Notes: generated by a model not told the origin, from the letters alone. 64,000 nt of DNA from Methanomassiliicoccaceae archaeon (GCA_963728405.1 CAVSJV010000007.1:256001-320000); one strand, 5' to 3'. Positions 19,960 through 29,661 are shown, counted from the stretch's first letter. A program made the numbers and translations.

Positions 19960-20600
19960 GAGGGAGCTGGCCTATGAGCGCCGAATCCTCGACCAAGCAG
20001 GCAAATCTCAACGGCGAGCATGTCCTCTCCACCCGATATCAGCGAGGGCTCCGAGACCAAGCTCTACCGCATTCTCATGGCCAGCCAGTATTATCTGAAG
20101 CTGACCGACAAGGCTGGTAAAAGCTGCTGTAATCTGAGAAGGGATAGAGCGCCGCGGAGCACCTGAAGCGCATCAAGGACGGGGTGCAATCCCATGCCAA
20201 AGGTGATGGGAAGGTCCGAGGTCCCGGCCGGCACCAATGACTAGGATTGCCAGGCCCTCTTCGACCGCATCCGTGGTAAGGCCTGATGGTCGTTGCTGAG
20301 TTCAAAGTGGGCCCCTATGGGTTCAAGGGCGACTTTCTTGTCGCCGCCGATGAACTAATGAAGAGGTTGCCGGGAGCGGTCGTAGCCTCTTCTCTTTGGG
20401 CTGTTAACTAAGAGGATTACGAAACTCCGTGGGAAGCTGAAATGGAAGGGATCGAAAGAGGTGACCCCCCATGTATAGGTCGACAAGACCGCTCCCGGAG
20501 GGCTTGAAAGACTTTCGGACATCCCCAGGCTGCCCCTAAATGTCCAGCGCCATGCCATGGACCATTATGTCGTCACGCTGCGCACCCGCTAGCGTTCTAT
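19960..20600 (+). pseudogene. Degenerate coding remnants of unknown genes
   Basis: Short codon-like stretches (ETKLYRILMASQYYLKLTDKAG; MVVAEFKVGPYGFKGDFLVAADELMKRL) broken by stops and frameshifts. Confidence 0.35.
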
Positions 20601-20756
20601 CTCCCATTTCATTAATTCGAGTCGGAAGGATATGACTACTTTCGATCACCCCCCGGGACCGACGGTAAGGGGAGATGGGTTGAAAGGGGAACTCGGTTCG
20701 TCTATTCGGCTATATATCTCGGATGCCCACCACATATCAAGCAAAAAGTGAGAAAT

Positions 20757-20948
20757 ATGATTGCCGAAGACCAAATCGAATATGCGATGGACCTGATTGC
20801 CAAGAAGCACACCAATGTGTCGGCCCTCATGTACGATATGCAGAACCTCTCGTCGGTGGATCACAACAATGCTGGCCTCCGCGAATGGTTGTCTGGCATG
20901 ACCGACGACGGGTACAGCATCCTGATCGAGCGCCTGGCGAGGATGTAG
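20757..20948 (+). CDS. Small helical hypothetical protein, ends in TAG
   Basis: MIAEDQIEYAMDLIAKKH...; TATA-like CTATATAT near 20710; protein-like composition. Confidence 0.6.
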   Translation: MIAEDQIEYAMDLIAKKHTNVSALMYDMQNLSSVDHNNAGLREWLSGMTDDGYSILIERLARM

Positions 20949-21052
20949 TACTGGAAGACGACCAAATGGCATATGTTGCCGTTATGCCAAAAAATTGCAC
21001 TTTCGGTCATCTCCATTAACGAGGGTGACGGGGGAGCGACATCCTCCGGTTC

Positions 21053-21247
21053 ATGATCACGCACAAGGGGTTCATTCGGAATGCCGCGCCCTGCCCGCTC
21101 TGCGGCTCGTTGCGGCTGACGAGATTCATGTTCAACGAGCTCGCGAGTGGCGGCCGGTACGACAGTTGCGGCGACCTAGGGACATTCAGCCGCGAGATGG
21201 ACAGAGGTTCCTGGGCAGGCTGTGAATATCGCAAATGGGAGCGCTAG
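21053..21247 (+). CDS. Small Cys-containing (zinc-ribbon-like) protein
   Basis: CPLCGS...C...C. Confidence 0.4.
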   Translation: MITHKGFIRNAAPCPLCGSLRLTRFMFNELASGGRYDSCGDLGTFSREMDRGSWAGCEYRKWER

Positions 21248-21275
21248 ATGACTAAACTATTGAATTAAACGGCCA

Positions 21276-22454
21276 CTATTCGCTAATAATATCCAAATCG
21301 CGTTCCAACAGCGATAGGTCCCTGCTCGCCAATGTCTCCGGGTCCAAGGCTATAATGAGCTTAGACTCAGAGACTATGGTCGCATCCCTTAGCTCGAATA
21401 CGAACGGCAGGACCTTCTCCAAACGATTGTACGATGCCAGATGCTCCAGGCCATCTATGAGGATGACCGGACCGTTACCTCTCTGCAAGAATTTTAAGGT
21501 CGTATGTTGCAAGACCGAGATATTGGCAGGGTCGATACTGTCCGGTCCGGGCTTATGGGTCAACCATAATATGGGCGTGTTCATCAGACCATATGCTTCC
21601 TTGACCTGATCGGGATGTTTTCGGGTGATCAACAAACCCTGTCCGCCCGAGGCGAGTTCATTGACGAACATCTGGTAGGCTAGATCACCAGACTTGGCCT
21701 TCACCAGGACGCTATGCCTCGGTTCCACGATCGGCGCTTCTTTGACGGCGCGCAGGTTCTCTTGGGCTGGTTCGAGGATGAAGAGCTTTTGTCGAAATAT
21801 ACCATAGGCGAAGGTGAGGCTCGATGCCAGGATGGTCGCGGAGAACAGAGGAGGGGCGCTTGGTTCATACGCCTTGATGAGGGCTACCATCAGCCCTAAA
21901 AAGAAGGGGATCACCATCCCTGCGGTCAGGATGGCGATCCTACGCCTTGTCCCCTCCATGCTCTCCGTTAGGTACAATCGGGCTAGGATGATGGCGCCCA
22001 CGAAAAAGTAGGCATAGATGACCACGAACCACCAAACCATGGGCAGGCCGGTGGAGACCCACCAACCATACTTGTCCTCGGCCACGGTGCTGACCAACAT
22101 CGTGGGCACCACAGCGGTAAACACTATGATGAGAGTGAACTCTCGCTTGTGCCGGACCAGCCACGATCCTTTCCGTTCATATGGTAGGAATGAGGTAAGG
22201 TAAAGCATCGTGGCCACCGTAATCGTGGAAAAGAAAATCGTAGGCCGAGCGAATGCTAGAGCTGTGCCCTCATCTGATGCAGTGATCATGAAAAAGTCGG
22301 TCAAGTCCGTCAATATCGCCATCAACGTGAGGAGGACGAATACCCTGGAGCTCTTCAGATGGGGGTTCCTGATGAGGACATAGAGGCTCAACGAGATGCA
22401 CACCATCACCGCAATGATGGAAATCGCCGAGAATACTAGACCAGCTTCGAACAT
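21276..22454 (-). CDS. 7TM membrane sensor (HisKA_7TM-like) fused to DUF835 (KaiC/RecA-fold) domain
   Basis: Seven TM helices, then GLLITRKHP, ILWL, VILIDGLEHL, DPETL DUF835 motifs. Confidence 0.85.
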   Translation of the reverse strand: MFEAGLVFSAISIIAVMVCISLSLYVLIRNPHLKSSRVFVLLTLMAILTDLTDFFMITASDEGTALAFARPTIFFSTITVATMLYLTSFLPYERKGSWLVRHKREFTLIIVFTAVVPTMLVSTVAEDKYGWWVSTGLPMVWWFVVIYAYFFVGAIILARLYLTESMEGTRRRIAILTAGMVIPFFLGLMVALIKAYEPSAPPLFSATILASSLTFAYGIFRQKLFILEPAQENLRAVKEAPIVEPRHSVLVKAKSGDLAYQMFVNELASGGQGLLITRKHPDQVKEAYGLMNTPILWLTHKPGPDSIDPANISVLQHTTLKFLQRGNGPVILIDGLEHLASYNRLEKVLPFVFELRDATIVSESKLIIALDPETLASRDLSLLERDLDIISE

Positions 22455-22952
22455 CGACCCGCTCCTCCTCGGCGAATGTCCCGTCAGTAATATTATTAGA
22501 TGAATGTTTAAAAAATCAAATATGAAACCACGGAGGAAGCGCTATCAGAAGATCAGGAACTTCCCGGGAAATCCTAGATCGCGGCCCCATCGAATGCCCG
22601 ATTCTGATGTTTGCTCCTGCGCGCCCAACTAGGCCGGCTGCCTGCGAGCCCATCCAAGGGCATCCGGCAGGGAGGAGAGCTGGAGAATGGTTTATTGCTG
22701 CTCAATGCGGCATGAGCCCATTGATCAGTCGTTCCGCAGCCACGTCGGCATATTCTCCGACGAGATGAGAGAGGCGCAGGGCCAGGAGGGTAGAAATTAT
22801 CCCGACTGGCTCAGCCAGTAAAACCGAGCTAGTCAATTAAGTTTGCCCGGATGCCCGCCCCGTGTCCGGGCTGCGAAAAGAGCATCGGAACACCGAGCGT
22901 TGCCTAATCCTTTAATAAGCCTGGAATAATCCCTGAACCAGAAGGTAAGGGC

Positions 22953-24302
22953 ATGGCCAAGAAGATCATAATCATCGGGTCCGGAGCGGCGGGTATGACC
23001 GCAGCATCCTCGGCAAGGGCGGCCAATAAAGAGGCCGAGATAATCGTGTTCACCGAAGAGGAGCATATATCTTACTCGCCGTGCGCCATCCCCTTCGTGT
23101 TGGAAGGGAAGATCAAGGATTTCCCCTCCATCGTGATGCACCACCCAGAATTTTATCGCCGGGAAAGGAACATCGATGTGCGCACCCGGTCCAAGGTCAC
23201 CGCGGTCGATGCGGAGAAAAAGACCGTCACCCTCGTCGATGGGACCACGATACCTTACGACAGCATCATCCTGGCCACTGGTGGCACGGTGTTCGTCCCC
23301 CCCATCGAGGGGGCGGGCCTGCCCGGGGTGTTCAAGGTCCGGTTCATCCAGGACGGCATAGATATCCAAAAGGCCATGCTCACGGCCCGCTCGATCGTGG
23401 TGGCCGGCGCGGGGGTCATCGGTCTGGAAGTAGCGGTCGCTCTCCGCCGTGCGGGCAAGGACGTGACCGTGGTAGAGATGTTCTCTCAGGTCATCCCAAG
23501 GATCTGCGATCCAGACATGGCCAGGGAAATGCAGACCTACTGCGAGAGCCTGGGCATCAAGTTCATGATGGGTCTGCCCCTTGGTTCGATCAGGGGGGCA
23601 GGAATGGTAGAGAAGGTCCTGGTTGGCAATACTGAGGTGGGGTGCGACATGGTCATCATGGCCACCGGCGTCAGGGCCAACCTCGAGCTGCCGAACATGC
23701 TTGGTCTGGAGATCGGTCCGCTAGGTGCGGTGCGGGTCTCGCCGACCCTCCAGCCCTACAAGAAAGGCCGTCTGGTGAAGGACATGTATATGGCGGGCGA
23801 CGTGGTCATGTGCGAGAGCGCCGCAGCTCCTGGCCCTACGATGAGCCAGCTGGGGTCGACCGCGGTGAGACAGGGCCGTGTCGCCGGGGTCAATGCTGCA
23901 GGAGGCTATGGTACCTTCCCGGCGGTCCTAAGTGCCTGGGTGTCGCAGATCGGCGAGCTTCAGGTGGGCGGGACGGGTTTGTCGAAGGGCCTGGCCGATT
24001 ATTATGGTCTCAATGTGGTGGAGGGTACGGCGGCCGGGCTGACCAAGGCCCGATATTATCCAGGTGGTAAGAAGCTCATGGTTAAGCTCATCGCGGATCG
24101 GGAGACCCGCAGACTGCTGGGTGCCCAGATCGTGGCTGGCGAGGAGGTCACCGGACGCATCAACTGGCTGACTGGTGCGATCATGAAGGGTGTGACTGCA
24201 GATGAGTTCATGAACTCGTTCGAGAACGCCTACTGCCCCCCGACCTCTATGGTCAAGGATGTCGTCAACATCGCAGCGGAGGACCTGGTCCGGAGGCTCT
24301 GA
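22953..24302 (+). CDS. FAD-dependent NADH oxidase / CoA-(per)disulfide reductase family
   Basis: GSGAAG, SYSPC redox Cys, ATG, GAGVIGLE, AGD, AYCPP. Confidence 0.9.
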   Translation: MAKKIIIIGSGAAGMTAASSARAANKEAEIIVFTEEEHISYSPCAIPFVLEGKIKDFPSIVMHHPEFYRRERNIDVRTRSKVTAVDAEKKTVTLVDGTTIPYDSIILATGGTVFVPPIEGAGLPGVFKVRFIQDGIDIQKAMLTARSIVVAGAGVIGLEVAVALRRAGKDVTVVEMFSQVIPRICDPDMAREMQTYCESLGIKFMMGLPLGSIRGAGMVEKVLVGNTEVGCDMVIMATGVRANLELPNMLGLEIGPLGAVRVSPTLQPYKKGRLVKDMYMAGDVVMCESAAAPGPTMSQLGSTAVRQGRVAGVNAAGGYGTFPAVLSAWVSQIGELQVGGTGLSKGLADYYGLNVVEGTAAGLTKARYYPGGKKLMVKLIADRETRRLLGAQIVAGEEVTGRINWLTGAIMKGVTADEFMNSFENAYCPPTSMVKDVVNIAAEDLVRRL

Positions 24303-24303
24303 G

Positions 24304-24588
24304 ATGACCAGGGTCCTTTTCAGGACCTTTGGCCATATCACCGCCATAACCAAGGGGAACCAGTTGGAGATCGAGTTCCCCGGGGCTACCATCGAGGAGT
24401 TCCTCATCGAGATGGTCAAGAGGTTCGGAAAGCCCATGGGAGGTGTCCTCTTTCCCCAGGGGGAGAGTTTCTCGGAGATGCTGTATGTGTTGGTCAACGG
24501 TAAGAACATGGCCTACCTGGACGGACCGAGAACCTCGCTCAAGGATGGAGATATAGTATCTATCCTGCCGATGACTGCTGGTGGATAA
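24304..24588 (+). CDS. Ubiquitin-like SAMP / MoaD-ThiS family protein
   Basis: VLVNGKN...LKDGDIVSILPMTAGG with C-terminal diglycine. Confidence 0.9.
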   Translation: MTRVLFRTFGHITAITKGNQLEIEFPGATIEEFLIEMVKRFGKPMGGVLFPQGESFSEMLYVLVNGKNMAYLDGPRTSLKDGDIVSILPMTAGG

Positions 24589-24589
24589 A

Positions 24590-24632
24590 GGCCGCTGTCT
24601 CCATATGCTGTTCGCATGAAAGATGAGCGGCG
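24590..24632 (+). terminator. Hairpin directly after the SAMP stop codon
   Basis: GCCGCT...ATGC-TGTTC-GCAT...AGCGGC. Confidence 0.4.
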
Positions 24633-24791
24633 GACGCGATACCTCCAATGCCGAGGGCCCAAAACGAATCAACAGGCCCGCATTTTCTAGATCTGGACAC
24701 ACATGACCCATGATCGAACTGGAACGTTATGGGCTCACATCGAGTGATCAAATATTATAAAAAAATAGGAAAGGGTTTGAGGTGACACTGG

Positions 24792-25130
24792 TCAGATGGC
24801 GCTCTTTCCTCTCTCCTTGGAGCTGACTCGGATGACCTCATCGACGGTCCAGACGAATATCTTCCCGTCTCCGATGGTGCCAGTGCTGGTCACGTCAAGG
24901 ATGATGTTGACTGCCTTCTCGACATCGGCATCGTCCACTACTGTTTCCAGCTTGATCTTGGGCAGCAGGTCGATATCATAGACGGCGCCCCTCCATTGAC
25001 GGGTCTGCCCTTTTTGCCTCCCCCGGCCTTGGATCTCGGTCACATTTAGCCCGAGTATTCCTTGCGCTTCCAGGGCCTTCTTTACCTCTCCGAGCTTCTC
25101 GTGTCTAATGATTGCCTGGACCATTTTCAT
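24792..25130 (-). CDS. glnK: PII nitrogen regulatory protein GlnK
   Basis: GRGRQKG, T-loop Tyr (RGAVY), LLPKIK, TGTIGDGKIFV; adjacent to amtB. Confidence 0.96.
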   Translation of the reverse strand: MKMVQAIIRHEKLGEVKKALEAQGILGLNVTEIQGRGRQKGQTRQWRGAVYDIDLLPKIKLETVVDDADVEKAVNIILDVTSTGTIGDGKIFVWTVDEVIRVSSKERGKSAI

Positions 25131-26626
25131 CGGTTGTTCCCTCCCAGGTTAAAGTCCTTGATGACCATTTCTGGATAGGCGATGGCGTTATGCTCACTAA
25201 TATCCAGACCTTCCCTCTCTTCGGCCTCGGAAACCCTGATGCCCATGATCCTCTTCAGAACATAGAACAGTAGGTATCCAAGGCCAAACGCCCAAAGGAC
25301 CACGACCGCAACGTTGATCATCTCGACGAGGAAGAACCCCGCGTTGCCATAGAGCAGGCCGGTGACCAGCGGACCGTCCGTGGAGTAGACCCCGTAGGTG
25401 CCGTCAGCGAACAGGCCCAGGGCGAGAAGGCCCCACACGCCGTTAAGCCCGTGGACCGATACTGCCCCGACCACGTCATCGATACCTTTCTTCTCGATGA
25501 ACCATATGCCGTAGCAGACCACGAAGCCAGCAATAACGCCGATGAGCATCGCTGCCCACGGAGCGACCCAAGCGCAGCCTGCGGTTATTCCGACCAGACC
25601 GGCGATGACGCCGTTGATGGTCATGCTGACATCGGGCTTCCCGGTCCTCCTCCAAGTGATGAACATCGCGGCTATGCCGCCGGCAGCCCCGGCGAGTGTG
25701 GTAGTGACGGCGATGCGGGAGATGACCAGCTGCTGGGCCGAGAGCGTGCTGCCAGGGTTGAAGCCGAACCAGCCGAACCACAGGATGAACCCGCCCAGTA
25801 CGGCCAGGGTCAGGTTGTGGCCCGGTATGGGCAGGGGCTTGCCGTCCTTGGTATACTTGCCGATACGAGGCCCAATAAGAATGCAAGCGGCCAGTGCGAT
25901 GAACCCACCCAGCGCATGAACGACCCCGGACCCGGCGAAATCAAGGGCCCCATAACCGCCACCCAGGTCCGTCATGAACGTGGAGGTGGCCAGCCAACCG
26001 CCGCCCCATACCCAGTGAGCGTAGATCGGGTAGATCAAAGCAGAAACGATCACACTGTATATGATGTAAACCTTGAACTTCGGCCTCTCGGCGATGGCCC
26101 CGCTGACGATCGTCGAAGCAGTGGCTGCGAACACCAGCATGAAGAACCAAAGTAACATGGTGTTGACATCATAGGAATCACCCAGGAGCATGAACGCAGA
26201 TGTCGGATCTCCAATGATCCCACCTATGTCAGGTCCCAGCAGGAGCGAATATCCCAGAATGAAGAACGCTATGGTCCCCAGAACGAAATCCACCAGGTTC
26301 TTCATCAGCACGTTTGCCACATTCTTGACCCGGCACATGCCTGCTTCAAGCAGGGCAAAGCCTGCCTGCATGAAGAAGACCAGGAACGCGCAGACCAGGA
26401 TCCATACAAAATCAATCGACAGGACCGCCCCGTCCAGATCGGGCGTATATGTGGCTGCTCCACTGGGATCTCCAGATGCCATGGCGGTACCTGGGATCAA
26501 GGCTACAAGGGCAACGACGGCCAGCAGACCAATTAGGGCCTGCCTGTTACTTCCACCCCTCCTTGAAGGAGATGCAGGCCGGGGCGAACGGTCATTCCAC
26601 TCATCGGTCGTTTCATCCATTTTCAT
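25127..26626 (-). CDS. amtB: Ammonium transporter AmtB with N-terminal signal-like peptide
   Basis: FFMQAGFALLEAG, DFAGSGVVH, LWFGWFGFN, DDVVGAVSVHG. Confidence 0.97.
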   Translation of the reverse strand: MKMDETTDEWNDRSPRPASPSRRGGSNRQALIGLLAVVALVALIPGTAMASGDPSGAATYTPDLDGAVLSIDFVWILVCAFLVFFMQAGFALLEAGMCRVKNVANVLMKNLVDFVLGTIAFFILGYSLLLGPDIGGIIGDPTSAFMLLGDSYDVNTMLLWFFMLVFAATASTIVSGAIAERPKFKVYIIYSVIVSALIYPIYAHWVWGGGWLATSTFMTDLGGGYGALDFAGSGVVHALGGFIALAACILIGPRIGKYTKDGKPLPIPGHNLTLAVLGGFILWFGWFGFNPGSTLSAQQLVISRIAVTTTLAGAAGGIAAMFITWRRTGKPDVSMTINGVIAGLVGITAGCAWVAPWAAMLIGVIAGFVVCYGIWFIEKKGIDDVVGAVSVHGLNGVWGLLALGLFADGTYGVYSTDGPLVTGLLYGNAGFFLVEMINVAVVVLWAFGLGYLLFYVLKRIMGIRVSEAEEREGLDISEHNAIAYPEMVIKDFNLGGNNR

Positions 26627-26820
26627 ACCTCGTCGTCTCGTTCTTTGACCGGCCTTGTCAGTCCACCAGAGGTGAGGCCAAGCCTCTCTTTTCTACGGTA
26701 GAATTCCAACCCGGCAAAGATTTGATGCGTCGAATCGCCCCGACCTAGGACAGTTCATCAACATCTTTGGGACGGGAGTAGTCATTTGACCAACGCATCG
26801 GCTAGGATAATAGATGAATG
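26627..26820 (-). promoter_or_regulatory. Structured 5' leader of amtB containing the motif shared with the glnA leader
   Basis: GAUGCGUUG/CGACGCAUC helix; GGCCUCACC (26671-26679) and CGACGAGG (26628-26635); TATA TTTATATC at 26844-26851. Confidence 0.65.
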
Positions 26821-26882
26821 TATATTAATCAATACGTCAATAAGATATAAAGTTATAATTCTTATAAACTAATATTCAATCA

Positions 26883-26917
26883 TATATGAATCGCATTGAA
26901 GACTAGCGATTCATCTA
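26883..26917. promoter_or_regulatory. Palindromic operator candidate upstream of the amtB promoter
   Basis: TATATGAATCGC-N11-GCGATTCATCTA, arms 11/12 complementary. Confidence 0.6.
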
Positions 26918-27316
26918 ATCACTAAATCTTAACAAACACAATGGGCACAGTGATCAATATTAAAACATTCGACATGTCCGTGCTGAACGAACAAAGCTGC
27001 TCGTTGAAATTTTGAGATGGCGCCAGGGGATAGATGGGCCTGATGTTCGCCCCTCACAATGCCTCATCGAGAAATGTGGAGCAGGAAGACTTTCCATACG
27101 GGGTCGGCCTTAAACTTATTCTATTACGACCCCATTGAACAATAACACTGTGTCCTTCTATCGATGAGGTCGAGCATGGTTCGAACTTGGCCCTTTGACC
27201 AATGAGCAACAGTAGGGCATTATCATGACCGATACTTTAATCAGGTCCTTGAAATACTAATAGAGCAGATATTAGTGTGCACTTGTTCTGTCGTTAGGGG
27301 ATGCGGAGGAGTGGAA

Positions 27317-27463
27317 ATGAGAGACTCAGAGATCCTCCAAGTTAAGACAGCGGTCCGCCTACTGGGCGGCATGAGGGATGAAGTTGAATCCTGGCCCAGC
27401 GTCAAATGTCCCCGTCCGGCCTACGAGCTCGTCTCGGAGGAACACGAAGCGGAAAAGGCCTGA
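27317..27463 (+). CDS. Small protein (48 aa) inside the nitrogen locus
   Basis: GGAGGAGTGG RBS before ATG, TATA-like CTTTAAT near 27235; MRDSEILQVKTAVRLLGGMRDEVESWPSVKCPRPAYELVSEEHEAEKA. Confidence 0.55.
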   Translation: MRDSEILQVKTAVRLLGGMRDEVESWPSVKCPRPAYELVSEEHEAEKA

Positions 27464-27671
27464 TGCTATCTCTCGTCGTAGGACTGACCACATATTCCCA
27501 TCAATCCAGCCGTGGCCAGAATTATTGCGCCTCTATCGACGGCGCTAATTTTTCAAAATCAGATGATCTGTAACTCAAATCAGCATCTCTATATCCATCC
27601 AGTTCGTTCTCCATATCACTCAGTCGTACAATGGATTTGAACAAGCCGCGTAGCAAAAATGCTAGGTGGTG

Positions 27672-28154
27672 ATGGGTGGGATGGGGCGGTTCAAATTTCT
27701 CAAGGCCAGTAATTATAAGGATTACTGGATAATCAACGAGCTCGTCGAGCAGTGCAACGAAGAGGGCAAGGACGGACGGTTCCGGTGGTGCTATGCTCCC
27801 CGAGAGCACATGACATTGCCCCATATAGACGATGATTGCGAGGCTAAATTGGTGGTGACCAAAGACAAGGTCCCTAAGATCGTCGGTTTCTATTCCTACA
27901 ACTCCTTGGGCAAAAGATTGGATGTCCTCTATGTGGTGCCTAACAAGCGGGGGCATCACATCGCCACTGACATCATCGACAACTTCCTGCGCATGTTCCC
28001 GAAGGAGAGGGAACTCTATGTTCTGAACCCCTGCAGGGCGGTTCGGAAGATGCTCAATAAGCACTACTCCGGGAGGTTCATCGCGGTCATGGCCGATGGC
28101 GCGAGCATGCAGACCATACACTTCGAGGAAGAGGACCTGGCCTTTTCGAATTGA
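27672..28154 (+). CDS. GNAT-family N-acetyltransferase
   Basis: IVGF...LYVVPNKRGHHIAT acetyl-CoA-binding motif A. Confidence 0.7.
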   Translation: MGGMGRFKFLKASNYKDYWIINELVEQCNEEGKDGRFRWCYAPREHMTLPHIDDDCEAKLVVTKDKVPKIVGFYSYNSLGKRLDVLYVVPNKRGHHIATDIIDNFLRMFPKERELYVLNPCRAVRKMLNKHYSGRFIAVMADGASMQTIHFEEEDLAFSN

Positions 28155-28205
28155 TTCATGAAATAAAAAGATAAAGGAAAAGGATTTGAGAAGGGTTTTA
28201 TCGCT

Positions 28206-29661
28206 TCACGCATCGAAGTACAGATAGAAACTCCGAAGGGTGCGGCCGCAGCCGGACATAATCATTCTCCTTCAGCATTTTATAGGAGATCCAGTTGCTG
28301 ATGAAATCCTCGCTGAAGACCCCACCACGGGTAAGGAACTCGTGGTCCGCCTCCAGGGCGTCAAGCGCCTTCTCGAGGGAGCCAGGCACGGTCTTGATCT
28401 CGGCCAGCTCTTTCTTGGAGAGTTCGAACATATCCATGTCGTGGGGTTCGCCTGGGTCGATCTTCCTCTTGATGCCGTCAAGGCCAGCCATGAGCATGGC
28501 GGAGAATGCCAGGTACGGGTTAGAGGTTGCGTCTGGCGGGCGGTACTCGATCCTCTTGGACTTGGGGCTCTTGGAGTACACTGGGATCCTTACTGCGGCC
28601 GATCGGTTACGGGCGGAGTAGACCAGGTTAACAGGCGCCTCGTAGCCTGGCACTAGCCGGCGGTACGAGTTGGTGGACGGGGAGGTCAGGGCTAGGAGGG
28701 CAGGGGAATGTGCCAGCAGACCGCCGATGTAATATAGGGCGTTCTGGGACAGCAGGGAGTAGCCCTTCTTGTCATAGAATACGTTCTCTCCGTTCTTGGC
28801 CAGGCTCTGATGGACGTGCATGCCGGTGCCGTTGTCGCCGAACAGGGGCTTGGGCATGAAAGTGATTGTCTTGCCAGCCGCAGCGGCGGTGTTCTTCATC
28901 ACGTACTTATACATCATGACCTGGTCGGCCATCTTGGCCAGGGTCTGGAAGCGCATGCCTATCTCGCCCTGACCGGCGGTGGCGACCTCGTGGTGATGAA
29001 CCTCGCACTCGATGCCCGCTGCCATCAGGTTAAGGACGCACTGGGACCGGAAGTCCTGTAATGAGTCGGTCGGGGGAACGGGGAAATAGCCCTCCTTGTT
29101 GCGGGGGCGGTGGCCGTGGTTCTTGCCGTCAATGTTGTTGCCGGAGTTCCATATGCCCTCGTCGGAGTCGATGTAGTAATAGCCGGAGTGCTGGTTCTGA
29201 TCAAACCTGACCGAGTCGAAGACGAAGAACTCCAGCTCGGGGCCCATGTAAACGGTGTCGGCAATGCCGGTGCTCTTGAGGAATTCCTCGGCCTTCTGGG
29301 CGATGTATCGGGGGTCTTTCTCATACCTGGCACCGTTAACGGGCTCGCGGACATCGCAGATGACCGAGAGCGTGGGGATCTTACACGCGGGGTCCATGAT
29401 GGCCGTGTTCATATCGGGAACCAGTAGCATGTCGCTTTCGTTGATTTGTGCGAACCCACGGATGGATGATGCGTCGAACCCGACGCCATCCTGAAGGAGA
29501 TCCTCGCACATCCTGCCGGCCGGGTAGGAGATATGCTGAAGGGTACCGGGCACGTCAGTGAACTTGAAGTCCACCATCTTGACCTGGCCGGTAGAGCACA
29601 TCTCCATCGCCGCGGCCTTCGTATCGTTATTCTTAGCCTGCTTCTTGGATGCTGCCGCCAT
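28206..29661 (-). CDS. glnA: Glutamine synthetase type I (GSI-beta), +1 frameshift near 28228
   Basis: FDASSIRGF, ESDM, HHEVA, FMPKP, NGTGMHVH, RLVPGYEAP, NRSA, NPYLAF; corrected end HPSEFYLYFDA. Confidence 0.97.

Noticed and set aside
26510-26592. CGUUCG-CCCC...GGGG-UGGAAGUAA-hairpin inside the amtB 5' coding region resembles the 5' half of the bacterial glutamine (glnA) riboswitch
   Set aside because: The required 3' GAAG-GAACG strand is absent and the stretch encodes the signal-like peptide; probably coincidental.
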